Part shown: one piece after another, positions 38,243 to 48,238 of the stretch
Position numbering within the stretch: the first letter of the stretch is position 1
Layout of the letters: every line of letters starts with the position of its first letter
Virus record (IMG/VR): IMGVR_UViG_3300044991_002272
Length of the DNA stretch: 64,000 bases
Origin: a virus
Strand: one strand, 5' to 3'
Program-made: the position numbers and the translations under genes
Notes under the pieces: model-generated
Told to the model about the DNA's origin: nothing
Seen by the model: only the letters and a program-made list of their open reading frames with translations
Databases searched by the model: none

Positions 38243-40000
38243 TTACTGTGTTTCAGTTGGAGGTGTTTCAGCACCTGGAGCAACTTCAGGTGTTTCAAAT
38301 CCCGGTGTCTCAAGCGGGGCTTCAGGAGGCATCTCAGGTCCACCCATACCAAAATCAGGCTCTGGTGAAGGGCGTATCCCTATTGAACCCAGTCCCACAC
38401 CCCTGTCTTCAATGGGGCTGGTGCCAGTCTTGCCTTTGACTTTGTCGTTGTTTTCTTCTTTCCACATCCGCTCATTTTCCAGAATATCTTCTTCTGTCCA
38501 TCCTAGATAACGCTTGAGCGCATATCTCTTGCTCATGTAAGCTCTTGCATCACTGTTCATAGCTGAACTGAAGAGGTTAACACGCTCAGTGTCAATGCTC
38601 ATGTTGCGATATTGACTGAAACTTTGTGGAACGTTAAATGCCAACTCAAACAAACTGCTGTGTACCTCAATGCCACGGAACTTCAAAAACAATTTAAATT
38701 CCATATCCAATGTTGGCGCAAGACTGTTCTGCAATCTTTGGCAATATTTGTTGAATCTATACTCTTGGATAAATGCTGTTCCCACTTTGCCATCGTTGTA
38801 GACTGCTGTGCCATCATCTGGTCCAGTGGGCAAATAGCTGCTGGGAATACCTAGCCCGCGCATCAACTTGTTGTTGAAGTATTTCAAGTCGTCAATAGTG
38901 CCCAAGTTTTCGCCAGCATTCAAAGTGTCAATAGTTGTGCCGCGTTGTTCACTGTTGGTTGCAAGGAAGAAATCTTCTGTAATGCTTATGGGGTTGTAGG
39001 CGCTGTCAATAATACTTGAGCCACCACCTGTGCGGTTTGGGAGTCGCCTTTGGTAAATTTCGTTTTTAACTCTTTCAACATACTGCATGGCACGTTGACC
39101 TTGCAGCTGACCCACGTCAATCTTAAACACTCTGCGCTCAGGTGCACGCACAATACGGTAAATGAGAATGCAGTCTTCCAACAGGTCTTTTTGTTTGTAA
39201 GTTTTGTAAACTGCCTCAATGATGCTGGTGCCAAAAGGCCAATATTGATCCAAGCCTTCACTTAAACTGAGATGCACCACGTGGTTGGCATCAATTGCCA
39301 TGCTGTTGGCTGGATTGTAAAATCTGCTGGTACGGCCGCCAGGTGTTGTGGGCTGTCCATAGTTGATGTTGCCTGCACCAGCTGCTGGGTTCGCACTTCT
39401 GGGATAACCTCCTGGGAAACTGTATTGATCATGCACAAGAGGGTTGGTTGCCACTAGACTTTGTAAATTGAAATCCAAATCTCTAATCACATATTGTTCA
39501 ATTTTTTTGCCTTGTGCCTCATTGACAATGATTTTTTCCACTTTGGCTGAATCCACCCACAACAGCTCATAGGTTTCTGGATCTCGGACGAAAAATTGAT
39601 CACCGTATTTGACAGTATTACGAAATATTTTGAAGATTCGTTGATTTAGTTTGTTGATGCTGCACCATTGTTGAAGTGCACTGGCTAAAAGTTCTGTTTC
39701 TGTTTCAGTAACATCACCTTTCCAAATAAATCGGAAAGGAATAGGCTCATCATCACTTTGGTTTTGTGTGCAAAACTCAGCAATAGTGTCCAAGCTGCGA
39801 TTGATTTCACTATCTAAATCAGCTTGTTCATAAGCCACATAGCGTTCAACCCGGTTTGGAGCACCAGCATAGACTTCAGGCAAATAGCTGCTGAATTTTG
39901 TAGTAGTTGCACCTTGACTGTTGTCTTTGTTGATTTCTGCTAGTCTTGCAGTGAGTCTAGCTTGACTCGGTACTGTTGTGAAATATTTTTTCCAAGCCAT
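38243..40000 (-). CDS. Portal protein (T4 gp20-like)
   Basis: EDCILIYRIVRAPERRVFKIDVG, EDFFL, IDDLKYFNNKLMRGLGIPSSYL. Confidence 0.97.
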   Translation of the reverse strand: MAWKKYFTTVPSQARLTARLAEINKDNSQGATTTKFSSYLPEVYAGAPNRVERYVAYEQADLDSEINRSLDTIAEFCTQNQSDDEPIPFRFIWKGDVTETETELLASALQQWCSINKLNQRIFKIFRNTVKYGDQFFVRDPETYELLWVDSAKVEKIIVNEAQGKKIEQYVIRDLDFNLQSLVATNPLVHDQYSFPGGYPRSANPAAGAGNINYGQPTTPGGRTSRFYNPANSMAIDANHVVHLSLSEGLDQYWPFGTSIIEAVYKTYKQKDLLEDCILIYRIVRAPERRVFKIDVGQLQGQRAMQYVERVKNEIYQRRLPNRTGGGSSIIDSAYNPISITEDFFLATNSEQRGTTIDTLNAGENLGTIDDLKYFNNKLMRGLGIPSSYLPTGPDDGTAVYNDGKVGTAFIQEYRFNKYCQRLQNSLAPTLDMEFKLFLKFRGIEVHSSLFELAFNVPQSFSQYRNMSIDTERVNLFSSAMNSDARAYMSKRYALKRYLGWTEEDILENERMWKEENNDKVKGKTGTSPIEDRGVGLGSIGIRPSPEPDFGMGGPEMPPEAPLETPGFETPEVAPGAETPPTETQ

Positions 40001-40065
40001 CAGGGTTCTGTTTCTCTCGGTTTTTGATATTTATGTGAGAAAAATACCCAGAAAAAAGATTACCT

Positions 40066-42417
40066 CTAGGCAAAGTCACCAATTATTCCAGCTGTGATAC
40101 GTGCTTGTCTTGCTTGATCTTGGATGTAGGGTGTTTGTGCTGCCACTGTGCTGTTCAAGGTAGTGACCATACCTAATAGTGCATCGTTTTGCGGTGCCAT
40201 TGGTGGCGCAAGACTAGTCATAGTGGCTTGGGCTGCCACTCTACTTACAAGTGCCGCCATAGCAGAAACATATGACGTGCTGCTCGCTTGCATTTCAACA
40301 AGTGCAGTTGAATCTTGTAATACGCTGCTGGCATCGCCAGTTTGCTCGCCCGGCTTAGCTTCTGCTGCACTTGCTGAACTTGTCCCATAGCCTGTGATGC
40401 CCCCGACTAATCCGCCAAGTAGGGCTCCTGCCAAGATACCACCAGGGCCTGCCCCTATGCCTGCAAGAGCTCCCGTTGCTGCACCGCCCAATGCACCGCC
40501 CAACCAACCATCCAAACCTACTTTACTACCTAGATATGCCCCTCCTAGTCCGCCCGCTACTCCTAGCCCGCCAGCGCCTATCAACCTGCCCCTCCCTAGT
40601 CCGCCCATAGTAGATGCTCCCTGCATAAGACCAGACATCATTCCTGTTGAGCCCAACATTGAAGTCAAACCCAAGCCTCCTCCTCCCAGTAACCGTGGTA
40701 TCGCAGCTTTTAAAGCTGTACTTGCCAGCAATTTAGGCATCAATGCCACAGCAGCTCCTGTGGCTAAGGCCGAAGCTGCTCCTGACATACCACTAGCAGC
40801 CATTCCATAAAATGAGTTTGCTGCTCCTGCGCCTGCGCCAGTTGCTGCTGCCAAGGGTTCAAGAACTTTCGTAAACAAGCCCAACTGTTGTGTAGCTGCA
40901 TAGAGCGCTGCCTTGAAGTCACCAGTGATACGAGCAGTATCCATAGTCACTTTTTGCATGGCAGTAGTAGCTCGATCTAAGTTTCCACCTCTGCCAGAGA
41001 AAATATTCAAAATTCTTTCCATGCCGCCAGGCCGGGCTGCTGCTGCTTGTGCCCGTTCAGCTTCTGGCAACATCTTGGCAAACATTTCTGCTCCACCAGC
41101 GTATGGCCCTCCTTGCTGTGCTTGTATTTGCAATCTCTCAGCACCAGGGCCTTCTGTCAAAGCCGTTTGAACTTGTTGCACTAAACGCATCGTATCTTCA
41201 GTAGTCCCAGTAGTCAATCCGCGAGACAGTGCTGTCATGGATGGCATCAATTCGCCCATGCTCATCATCGCCCGCGCCTGAGGATCACTAGGCATAAGGC
41301 CCATTTGCATACCTACAGCGATTCGAGCCATTGCAGGACCCATTTCACCAAACTGGCCCGCTATTACAGATTTATTGGCTTCAAGGCGTGCAGCCTCTTC
41401 AGGATTAGTTTTTCTTAACGTACGTATACGGAGCATAATTGCTGCATCTTCCGCAGCAGCTTTTTGTCTCGCTTGTATTTCTTTTCTGTCTTTGCCTGTT
41501 AACTCAGTCAATGCAGTGAGTTCTCGCACATATTTGACTGCACCTTCTCTTTGCATTTCAGTACTCATACCATAAGCTGAGCCGCCTTTGGCTAACATAT
41601 CAAGGAAAAAAGCTACAGACTCTCCTTGTTGAGAAAGGGTTTGGTTATACAAGCCAAATTCGCGTGTACTATCTTGAACCCCTCGCACCAATTTGACAAA
41701 TTTTTCTTCACCAACACCACTTATTGTTGTGCCAAACTGCCCCACAATTCCTTGAAACTCTTCCAGCTTCAACCCACTGCGGCCAACCATTTCCTGCATC
41801 TTTTCAAGGCTGCCGCCAAAAGTGACACCAGTGCTGGCCATTGCTTGAAAAGCTGGCATTCCGCTAGCAAAAATTCCCACACCGGCAGCAACTGTTGCTA
41901 CAGCTTTATTCAAAAATGAGAAACCTAAGCTAAGCTTAGTAGCATTGCCGCTTGTATCTCGAAACTTCATATCCAGGTAAGATAGGCTGCTTGTTACCCC
42001 ATCATATAACTTTGTGCTGTCAAACTTGCTCACCCTCTCCAAGCTGGATCGCAAGTCATCTACACTGCGTTTGTAACTGCCTTGAATCTCCTTATCAAAA
42101 TCTTGCATGCGCTGCTCATGACGCAGCTTATTGACTTCTGCACGTTTGGATTTTTCAGCCTCTATTTGAAGTTTAGTCAAGCCACTGGCTGCATCCCCTA
42201 AGGCTTCGTTGAATTCTTGCAGATTGGCCAAGTCTTCTTGTTTGACATCAGCTATTTTGGCCAAAAGCTTGTTGCTAGTGCTAACTTTGTCGCGCAGCTC
42301 TGCCAAGGTGCGATCTTGCGCCCAATTCTTGCTGATAGTTGTTAACTCACTAGCTGTAACATTCATACAAATTTCTCGCAATAGGAGACTAGCCATATTT
42401 AAGCCCCGTAAATACAA
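40066..42417 (-). CDS. Tape measure-like protein (true start probably 42396 or 42366)
   Basis: Long Ala/Gly-rich helical protein with glycine-zipper membrane segment, divergent from the gp26-like gene. Confidence 0.75.
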   Translation of the reverse strand: MYLRGLNMASLLLREICMNVTASELTTISKNWAQDRTLAELRDKVSTSNKLLAKIADVKQEDLANLQEFNEALGDAASGLTKLQIEAEKSKRAEVNKLRHEQRMQDFDKEIQGSYKRSVDDLRSSLERVSKFDSTKLYDGVTSSLSYLDMKFRDTSGNATKLSLGFSFLNKAVATVAAGVGIFASGMPAFQAMASTGVTFGGSLEKMQEMVGRSGLKLEEFQGIVGQFGTTISGVGEEKFVKLVRGVQDSTREFGLYNQTLSQQGESVAFFLDMLAKGGSAYGMSTEMQREGAVKYVRELTALTELTGKDRKEIQARQKAAAEDAAIMLRIRTLRKTNPEEAARLEANKSVIAGQFGEMGPAMARIAVGMQMGLMPSDPQARAMMSMGELMPSMTALSRGLTTGTTEDTMRLVQQVQTALTEGPGAERLQIQAQQGGPYAGGAEMFAKMLPEAERAQAAAARPGGMERILNIFSGRGGNLDRATTAMQKVTMDTARITGDFKAALYAATQQLGLFTKVLEPLAAATGAGAGAANSFYGMAASGMSGAASALATGAAVALMPKLLASTALKAAIPRLLGGGGLGLTSMLGSTGMMSGLMQGASTMGGLGRGRLIGAGGLGVAGGLGGAYLGSKVGLDGWLGGALGGAATGALAGIGAGPGGILAGALLGGLVGGITGYGTSSASAAEAKPGEQTGDASSVLQDSTALVEMQASSTSYVSAMAALVSRVAAQATMTSLAPPMAPQNDALLGMVTTLNSTVAAQTPYIQDQARQARITAGIIGDFA

Positions 42418-42450
42418 GGAAATAAAACGCTAAGATTATAAGGCAGCCCG

Positions 42451-43284
42451 ATGACTAATCCGTTAAGTCAATATTTTCACACTCCCAAAGCCTACGCCCA
42501 ATTGCCTACCCGCGGCAAATTTTACACCAGTGACTTTTTAACTTTGGCAGTAAATGGAGAAATTGCAGTGTATCCACTCACAGCAATTGATCAAATCATG
42601 CTGAAAACTCCTGATGCAATGTTGAACGGTGACGCATTGTTGAGTGTGTTCAGGAATTGTGTGCCTGGCGTAAAAGATCCAAAAAAGCTTGTTGAGCCTG
42701 ATATCAACACACTGCTTGTGGCAATACGTATTGCCAGTTCTGGTCCAACAATGGAAGTGGATACCAAGTGCCCAAGCTGTGGAAAAGAGCACAACTTTGG
42801 CATTGATTTAAGTGTATTTATTGAAACTCAGAGCTATGTGGACGGGCCCTGTTATGTGGAAATAGATGGCGCCTTACAAGTTTTCCTGCGTCCTTACAAT
42901 TTTGAACAACGGAATTTACAGCTACTAAACGAGGTTGAGCAAGCTCGTAGTATTCGAACTCTTGAAGAAACTGACACCACTGATGCAGAAAAAATCAGCA
43001 GCGTAACAAAACAAGTGAGCCGGATGGCGCAGCGCACATTGGACATCATGGCCATGAGCATAACTGAAATCAAAATAATCAGTAGTGGTGAAATGGTCAC
43101 CAATCAAGAATACATTCAAGAGTTTGTGAAAGGTATTCCCACAACCAGTGCCAACGCCATCATCGACAAGTTGAAAGAGCTCAACAAAACTGGTATTGAT
43201 ACCGAAACCTCTTTTCAATGCGACGGTTGCTCACACACTTGGAGCCAGTCAATTGACTTTGATCCCACAAGTTTTTTCGACTAA
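42451..43284 (+). CDS. Baseplate hub assembly / tail chaperone (T4 gp26-like)
   Basis: LPTRGKFY, MLKTPDAMLNG, DINTLLVAIRIAS, CPSC and CDGC Zn motifs, DPTSFF end. Confidence 0.85.
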   Translation: MTNPLSQYFHTPKAYAQLPTRGKFYTSDFLTLAVNGEIAVYPLTAIDQIMLKTPDAMLNGDALLSVFRNCVPGVKDPKKLVEPDINTLLVAIRIASSGPTMEVDTKCPSCGKEHNFGIDLSVFIETQSYVDGPCYVEIDGALQVFLRPYNFEQRNLQLLNEVEQARSIRTLEETDTTDAEKISSVTKQVSRMAQRTLDIMAMSITEIKIISSGEMVTNQEYIQEFVKGIPTTSANAIIDKLKELNKTGIDTETSFQCDGCSHTWSQSIDFDPTSFFD

Positions 43285-43517
43285 AGCTTCTCAGGGGTGA
43301 TCCTGTAGCCATCACCCAAATACTGAGAAGCTGTGAAAAAGAAGTGGAAATGATTGAAAGCGATATTGCCAACCTAGTGTATTACATGAACGGAGGACTC
43401 ACCTACAGTGAAGCTTGGCGTCTCACCACTTCACAGATGAAATCTTTGAGTGGAACTATTTCCAAACACTATGAGATGCAAGCCGAAGCTTATAGGAAGG
43501 CTCAATCAAAGAAGTGA
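43278..43517 (+). CDS. gp51-like ORF in the -1 frame of the gp26-like gene (absent from ORF track)
   Basis: Open frame RLKLLRGDPV...LVYYMNGGLTYSEAWRL...SKK; first in-frame start only about 23 codons in. Confidence 0.75.
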   Translation, partial: RLKLLRGDPVAITQILRSCEKEVEMIESDIANLVYYMNGGLTYSEAWRLTTSQMKSLSGTISKHYEMQAEAYRKAQSKK

Positions 43518-43619
43518 TAATTTTAGCTGGGCGTGATCTGGTATGAATCTCAATGATCTTATTGATGATATTATTGGATCTGGAATAGGATACTTGTTGG
43601 ACTGATAATAGTTCTGGGT

Positions 43620-44000
43620 ATTTCGTTAGGGAGGAAGTCACACTTCTCCCCACCGGGAGGAGAAGTTTGAAAAGGCTTTCGTATAGGGCTTCGGCCTGCC
43701 TGTCTCGTCTTGGGAATTGCTTCCAGCTGGCGGAGAACCTATTTCCAGCGTTCCTGACTCTCTTCTCGGACTTATGCTCATGGAGCTGCCTTCTCGGTTA
43801 TGTGCTCATCACACACGCAGGGAATTCAGTCAGACAGGCTGTTGACTGAACCCCTTCCAGCTTCACGGGACAGTGAGAGGCTGGATCCTTTTTGTTCACT
43901 TTTGTGGCGAGGGCATAGAACCGTAAACCCTCATACGCAATTTTCCCCGGCCTTCGCGCCTGGTAGATACGGATGGACACTACACCATCATATAAAGCCA
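43620..44000. ncRNA. Candidate large structured non-coding RNA (strand unresolved)
   Basis: At least six hairpins, a C(UUCG)G loop and a duplicated 20-nt unit in a gene-free gap of about 500 nt. Confidence 0.5.
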
Positions 44001-44023
44001 CTATGTTTTAAAAATATACTCTG

Positions 44024-44833
44024 TTATGCGTAGTTGCTGATTCTATAATTGCCTGGACTACGTGCTGTGCTGTCTAGGTATTTCAAAAGATAATTGTTTT
44101 TTGTATTTTTGAAGTCAATTACCCAAGGTGTGTTGTATTCACAGAATCTACCACTCTCTTGCTTGACTATTGCTGTTGTCCATCGATTGTATTCGTTAAG
44201 GTTAAAATGCGGAATAATAATGGGTTTGGTAGTTAACGGAGTCCAAATTTCTGTATGTTGTTCAGTGTTGTTGTATTTGTATTTGATTTCATTACGAGGG
44301 ATCTGTGCATGACGTTTGTTGCTGATTTCCAGCTCACTCAAGCTGCTGGGTGGTGTCTTGTAAGCCACCTCAATTATATCGCTTGATTGGGGATGAGCCA
44401 AAATGTCTGCTTGCTCTTTGTAAAAATCAATAACTGCTCTAGCCATCTGTTTTTTGGCTTCTGGAATCATAATCCAGCGATTGGCTCCTGCAGATTCAAA
44501 CATCATAATTTGCGCTTCGGTCAAAATTGTTTTTTGTGTGAGTCTGTCAAAAGCAACTGGAAAATAACTTTTCAGTTGTTCAGGCCATTCTTGAGGCTTT
44601 TTCACCAATTCGCGAATGTTGAGATTGTATTTGGCTAGATCACAAAAGAGTGATGCTTGATCGTGTGTGATGTTGAGAATAGTTTGTGGAAATGCTCTTA
44701 CACGACTGCTAAAGGTTCCTACAAGAGTATTGTAAAATCCCAACTCTTGCCGGAAAAAACTATTGAGCCGATTTTGATCTACTGGATCAACTACAATAAA
44801 AATGCTGCGGTGTTGTGGCTTGTTGTGCTTCAT
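44024..44833 (-). CDS. Hypothetical protein, possibly TnpB-like WED/REC lobe without RuvC
   Basis: Likely start MKHNKPQHRS (269 aa); FFRQELGFYNTLV helix recalls the TnpB N-terminal RFVYN helix; no RuvC acidic motifs seen. Confidence 0.45.
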   Translation of the reverse strand: MKHNKPQHRSIFIVVDPVDQNRLNSFFRQELGFYNTLVGTFSSRVRAFPQTILNITHDQASLFCDLAKYNLNIRELVKKPQEWPEQLKSYFPVAFDRLTQKTILTEAQIMMFESAGANRWIMIPEAKKQMARAVIDFYKEQADILAHPQSSDIIEVAYKTPPSSLSELEISNKRHAQIPRNEIKYKYNNTEQHTEIWTPLTTKPIIIPHFNLNEYNRWTTAIVKQESGRFCEYNTPWVIDFKNTKNNYLLKYLDSTARSPGNYRISNYA

Positions 44834-44925
44834 TTGAAATGCTCTTTTGTTATTTTGATTATAGCCATCTAAAACTATAAAATCAAAGACTTCCAGAGCT
44901 TTTTCTGGATTACAGGAAAAAACAT

Positions 44926-45441
44926 ATGGCAGGGTCCAAAGGCAAGGCAAAAGGAAATGCAGGCGAATTACGGATAGCCAAGTTTCTCACAACGTTATAT
45001 GAAGCCAAATTTATTAGGGTGCCTAATTCTGGTGCCTTCATTGGAGGAGCAAACACCAAGAGAAAAGACACTATGGATGCTACGCAAATCAGCTACTTCA
45101 AAAGTGATCTCATTCCACCTTCCCATATGAAAAAGCTGGTGATTGAAAGTAAGTTTTATCAAGACTTTCCGTGGCATCGACTCATGTGCAATGGAGATAT
45201 CAAACAACTGGATGCTTGGATAGAACAGACATTGGATGTCTGTGACCCAGAAGACCTCTGGTTCGTGGTCATACGCATCAATCGCAAAGGAAGTTATGCT
45301 TGTTTTGATCAAAAACATTTGGACAGCTTCACTGTAGAGAACCATGCTCGTTACAAAACCTTTGTAATAACAGAGTTTGAGCCATTTTTTGAACAAAACA
45401 AGCTTAAGATTGCAGAATTGGCCTACACTGCTGGTGTATAA
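44926..45441 (+). CDS. Holliday junction resolvase-like PD-(D/E)xK nuclease
   Basis: KGKAKGNAGELRIAKFL, SDLIPP, IESKFY. Confidence 0.75.
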   Translation: MAGSKGKAKGNAGELRIAKFLTTLYEAKFIRVPNSGAFIGGANTKRKDTMDATQISYFKSDLIPPSHMKKLVIESKFYQDFPWHRLMCNGDIKQLDAWIEQTLDVCDPEDLWFVVIRINRKGSYACFDQKHLDSFTVENHARYKTFVITEFEPFFEQNKLKIAELAYTAGV

Positions 45442-47210
45442 TCCCAATCAAATCTAGTAAAATTATCTTCTTTCACTACAGTCAAAATATTGTTCACACG
45501 ACTTTGGAGTTCTTCTCTATGTGAGATCAACAAAATGTTCTTGTTCCGATCTCTGCTCATAGCCTTAAGCGTCTCTAGAGATCTTTCAAGTCCTGTGCTG
45601 TCAAGTCCCACATCAAGGATCTCATCAACAGCCATGAAGTTGATGCTGGTGTTCATGTTTTCAAAAATGTCTCGGAATGCCCAGCTGAGTGCCAAACAAA
45701 CTCTTGTGCGCTCACCTCGGCTGAGACTGTCAAAGTCAAAGTCTACGCCCATATGCATGATCTCAACTCCCAAGTCGTTGCTGAATTTAACTTGGTGTGG
45801 CAACATCAATCCAGCTAGATATTCACCCAGTCTGTGATTCAAGTAGCTGAGGTTTTGATCAATAATACGCTTTCGGATGAAGCTGTCTTTGTTTGTTAGC
45901 AGCTTCAAGAGAAACTCTTGATGGTCTTTGAGTTGGCTGAGTTCATTTAGTGAATCATAAGTGACTTCTTGCAGTGTGTCATTTAAATTACCCACTTGGG
46001 CTTGATAAGGATTGGTTTCAAGCTTAAGTTTGTCCAGTTCACCACTAAGAAGTGTGAGACTGTTTCGATGCTCATATGCCTCATCAATGCTTTTGTAAAA
46101 TGTTTGGTTTAGCGATACAGCACTAGACAGACCCATGAGCTCATCCAGTTCTTGTGTCAAACTCAGGCATTCCTGTTCCAGTGTTTGAATGCTGCTGTCC
46201 AGTTTGGTAATTTTGTGCTCAAGGTCGTCCAGCAGATGTGTTTGCTTCTCGTCATGAATCTTTTGACCACACATTGCGCAGTTGTGGTCTTGAATTTGAC
46301 TATACTGAGTTAACCAGTTGTTTTGTTGCGCCTTCAGCTGTGTTCCATGCTGTGTTTTTGTTTGGCTTTGGCTGCGCACATTCTTCAATGCTGTTTGAAG
46401 TTCACGATACACAAGATTGTCTTTGTGACTTTGAATTTCCTGCTCAACATCAAGATGACTCAAAGCATCTAGTGCATTTTCCAAGTCTTGAATTTTGTTC
46501 TGATGTTGAGTATCCCACTGTTGGGTTTTTTGATTCAAACTTTCAATAGTGCTCAAAATACGTGTATTGCTGTTTTTGATAGTATGTATTTTGAACTCTT
46601 CTTGTTCAATAGTTTGTTTGGTTGTTTGAATAAGCTTTTTGAGGTTTTCTGCCTTTTGAGACAGTAATGTAATTCCCAACAGCTCTTCAATTATTTCTCG
46701 TTGTTTTCCAGCGCCCATGCTCAAAAATGGCTCAGTATAGGTGTTCAAAGCCACAATGTGTTTGAACATGGTGTGGCTGATGCCCAATACCTTCTCAATC
46801 TCTTTCTGAGTATCTTTGTTTTCGCCTTGAGCCTCGTCAGCACTTTTGTTTTCATTTACTGATTCATCATTTACAACATAGCGGAAAAAACTGGGCGCAC
46901 GGCCACGTTCAATTTTGTAGCTGTTGCCGTGGGCTTCAAACTCAATACTCACCACCATGTTCTTTTTGTTGATGCTGTTGATGAGATTGTTTTTCTTGAT
47001 GTTAGTAAGAGCTTGTCCATACAGGGCATAACAAATGGCTGAAATCAGTGTTGATTTGCCAACACCATTCCGGTTGCCGTTGCCACCCAAGTCTAGATTC
47101 TCGCCCAATACAAGAGTCAAGCCAGGTTGTGTGAGAGTAACTGATTGTGTAACAGCACCCACACTCATGAAGTTTTTGATTGTGACGTTTTTGAGGATGA
47201 TCAATTTCAA
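45423..47210 (-). CDS. Recombination ATPase (T4 gp46 / SbcC / Rad50-like)
   Basis: NGVGKST Walker A, CAMC hook, LSRGE signature, AVDEILD Walker B. Confidence 0.95.
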   Translation of the reverse strand: MKLIILKNVTIKNFMSVGAVTQSVTLTQPGLTLVLGENLDLGGNGNRNGVGKSTLISAICYALYGQALTNIKKNNLINSINKKNMVVSIEFEAHGNSYKIERGRAPSFFRYVVNDESVNENKSADEAQGENKDTQKEIEKVLGISHTMFKHIVALNTYTEPFLSMGAGKQREIIEELLGITLLSQKAENLKKLIQTTKQTIEQEEFKIHTIKNSNTRILSTIESLNQKTQQWDTQHQNKIQDLENALDALSHLDVEQEIQSHKDNLVYRELQTALKNVRSQSQTKTQHGTQLKAQQNNWLTQYSQIQDHNCAMCGQKIHDEKQTHLLDDLEHKITKLDSSIQTLEQECLSLTQELDELMGLSSAVSLNQTFYKSIDEAYEHRNSLTLLSGELDKLKLETNPYQAQVGNLNDTLQEVTYDSLNELSQLKDHQEFLLKLLTNKDSFIRKRIIDQNLSYLNHRLGEYLAGLMLPHQVKFSNDLGVEIMHMGVDFDFDSLSRGERTRVCLALSWAFRDIFENMNTSINFMAVDEILDVGLDSTGLERSLETLKAMSRDRNKNILLISHREELQSRVNNILTVVKEDNFTRFDWDYTPAV

Positions 47211-48238
47211 ATACTCTGATAGATTTCAATCAAGCGTTGTTTGTTCATTGTAGTGCTTTCAATACTATTCAAATGTGACACCACAATTGAGTCAACGCTT
47301 TCAAAATTGATTTCACTGTCATCAAGTACAGTGTCATCTCCATCACTTCTGCCATGGATGAAACTCACATCCAAGGCAGCTAGTTGAGTTTCAAATAACT
47401 CTCTAATGAAGGCAAGGTCTTCATAAGTTAAGTCAGCATCTACTGTTATCCGTGCGAAAGTTTTGTTGTCTATCAAGCCGGTAGGATCCTGAAGTGCCTC
47501 TGTAAGGTTATACGTGCGATACTTGGGTGCACCAAGCCATTTTTCAAATATGGGATCAGTTCCAGGAGTCCAGATCATCAACCCTCTATCATCGTCTCCC
47601 GCATCTGCAAAGTTGTGAGGAAAGGCATTGCCAATATAACAAATGTTGCCCTTTCGCTGCCTTTTGTGAAAATGCCCACTGAACACCAATTTTTGATTTT
47701 GAAAGTGTTCACTGTTCAAGCCGCCATGATCGGGCATTTCCACCATGGCATTCATCCGGAACTTGGCAATTTCAGCATGACAAAACAAATAAGGCTGTTT
47801 GATTTTTTGAATCAACTTATACTCATCACCCACCAACCAAGGAACAAAACAATAGTCTTTGACTGTGGTGATTTTGTCAATTAGGTGAATATTTGAAAAA
47901 TCCTGTGCATAGGGAATACTGTGCAGCTCTAGAGTATCTCGAAAATAGAGATCATGGTTGCCCAAGAGCATTATCACATTGTCAAAATTGTTGTTTAGCA
48001 GTTTCATGCCATTGTGGCTGTAATTGAGTGTGCTGATGTTCACACTGTTGCGGTTGTGACTCCAGTCGCCCAAAAACAACAGTGTTTTGATTTTCAGCTC
48101 TTGTGCTCGTTTGACCACAAACTCCAAAAACTCAGTACACCAAGTGTTGTGCTGTTTGGAGTTGTTCCGCATGCCAAAATGCACATCAGTTATGGCAATT
48201 ACTTTTGAAAAATCAACATTGTCTAGATTGATAGTCAT
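47207..48238 (-). CDS. Recombination nuclease (T4 gp47 / SbcD / Mre11-like)
   Basis: TDVHFG, FLGDW, LGNHD, SGHFH metallophosphoesterase motifs. Confidence 0.95.
   Translation of the reverse strand: MTINLDNVDFSKVIAITDVHFGMRNNSKQHNTWCTEFLEFVVKRAQELKIKTLLFLGDWSHNRNSVNISTLNYSHNGMKLLNNNFDNVIMLLGNHDLYFRDTLELHSIPYAQDFSNIHLIDKITTVKDYCFVPWLVGDEYKLIQKIKQPYLFCHAEIAKFRMNAMVEMPDHGGLNSEHFQNQKLVFSGHFHKRQRKGNICYIGNAFPHNFADAGDDDRGLMIWTPGTDPIFEKWLGAPKYRTYNLTEALQDPTGLIDNKTFARITVDADLTYEDLAFIRELFETQLAALDVSFIHGRSDGDDTVLDDSEINFESVDSIVVSHLNSIESTTMNKQRLIEIYQSI

Noticed and set aside
43456-44033. Short ORFs 43456-43653, 43667-43849, 43798-44001 and 43800-44033
   Set aside because: Mutually overlapping, with no RBS or recognisable motifs; the region is better explained as structured non-coding sequence
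44024-44950. Active IS200/IS605 element with a full TnpB nuclease; also the longer 308-aa start
   Set aside because: No RuvC acidic motifs, Zn finger or TnpA nearby; the 44950 start overlaps the divergent resolvase gene, so 44833 is preferred
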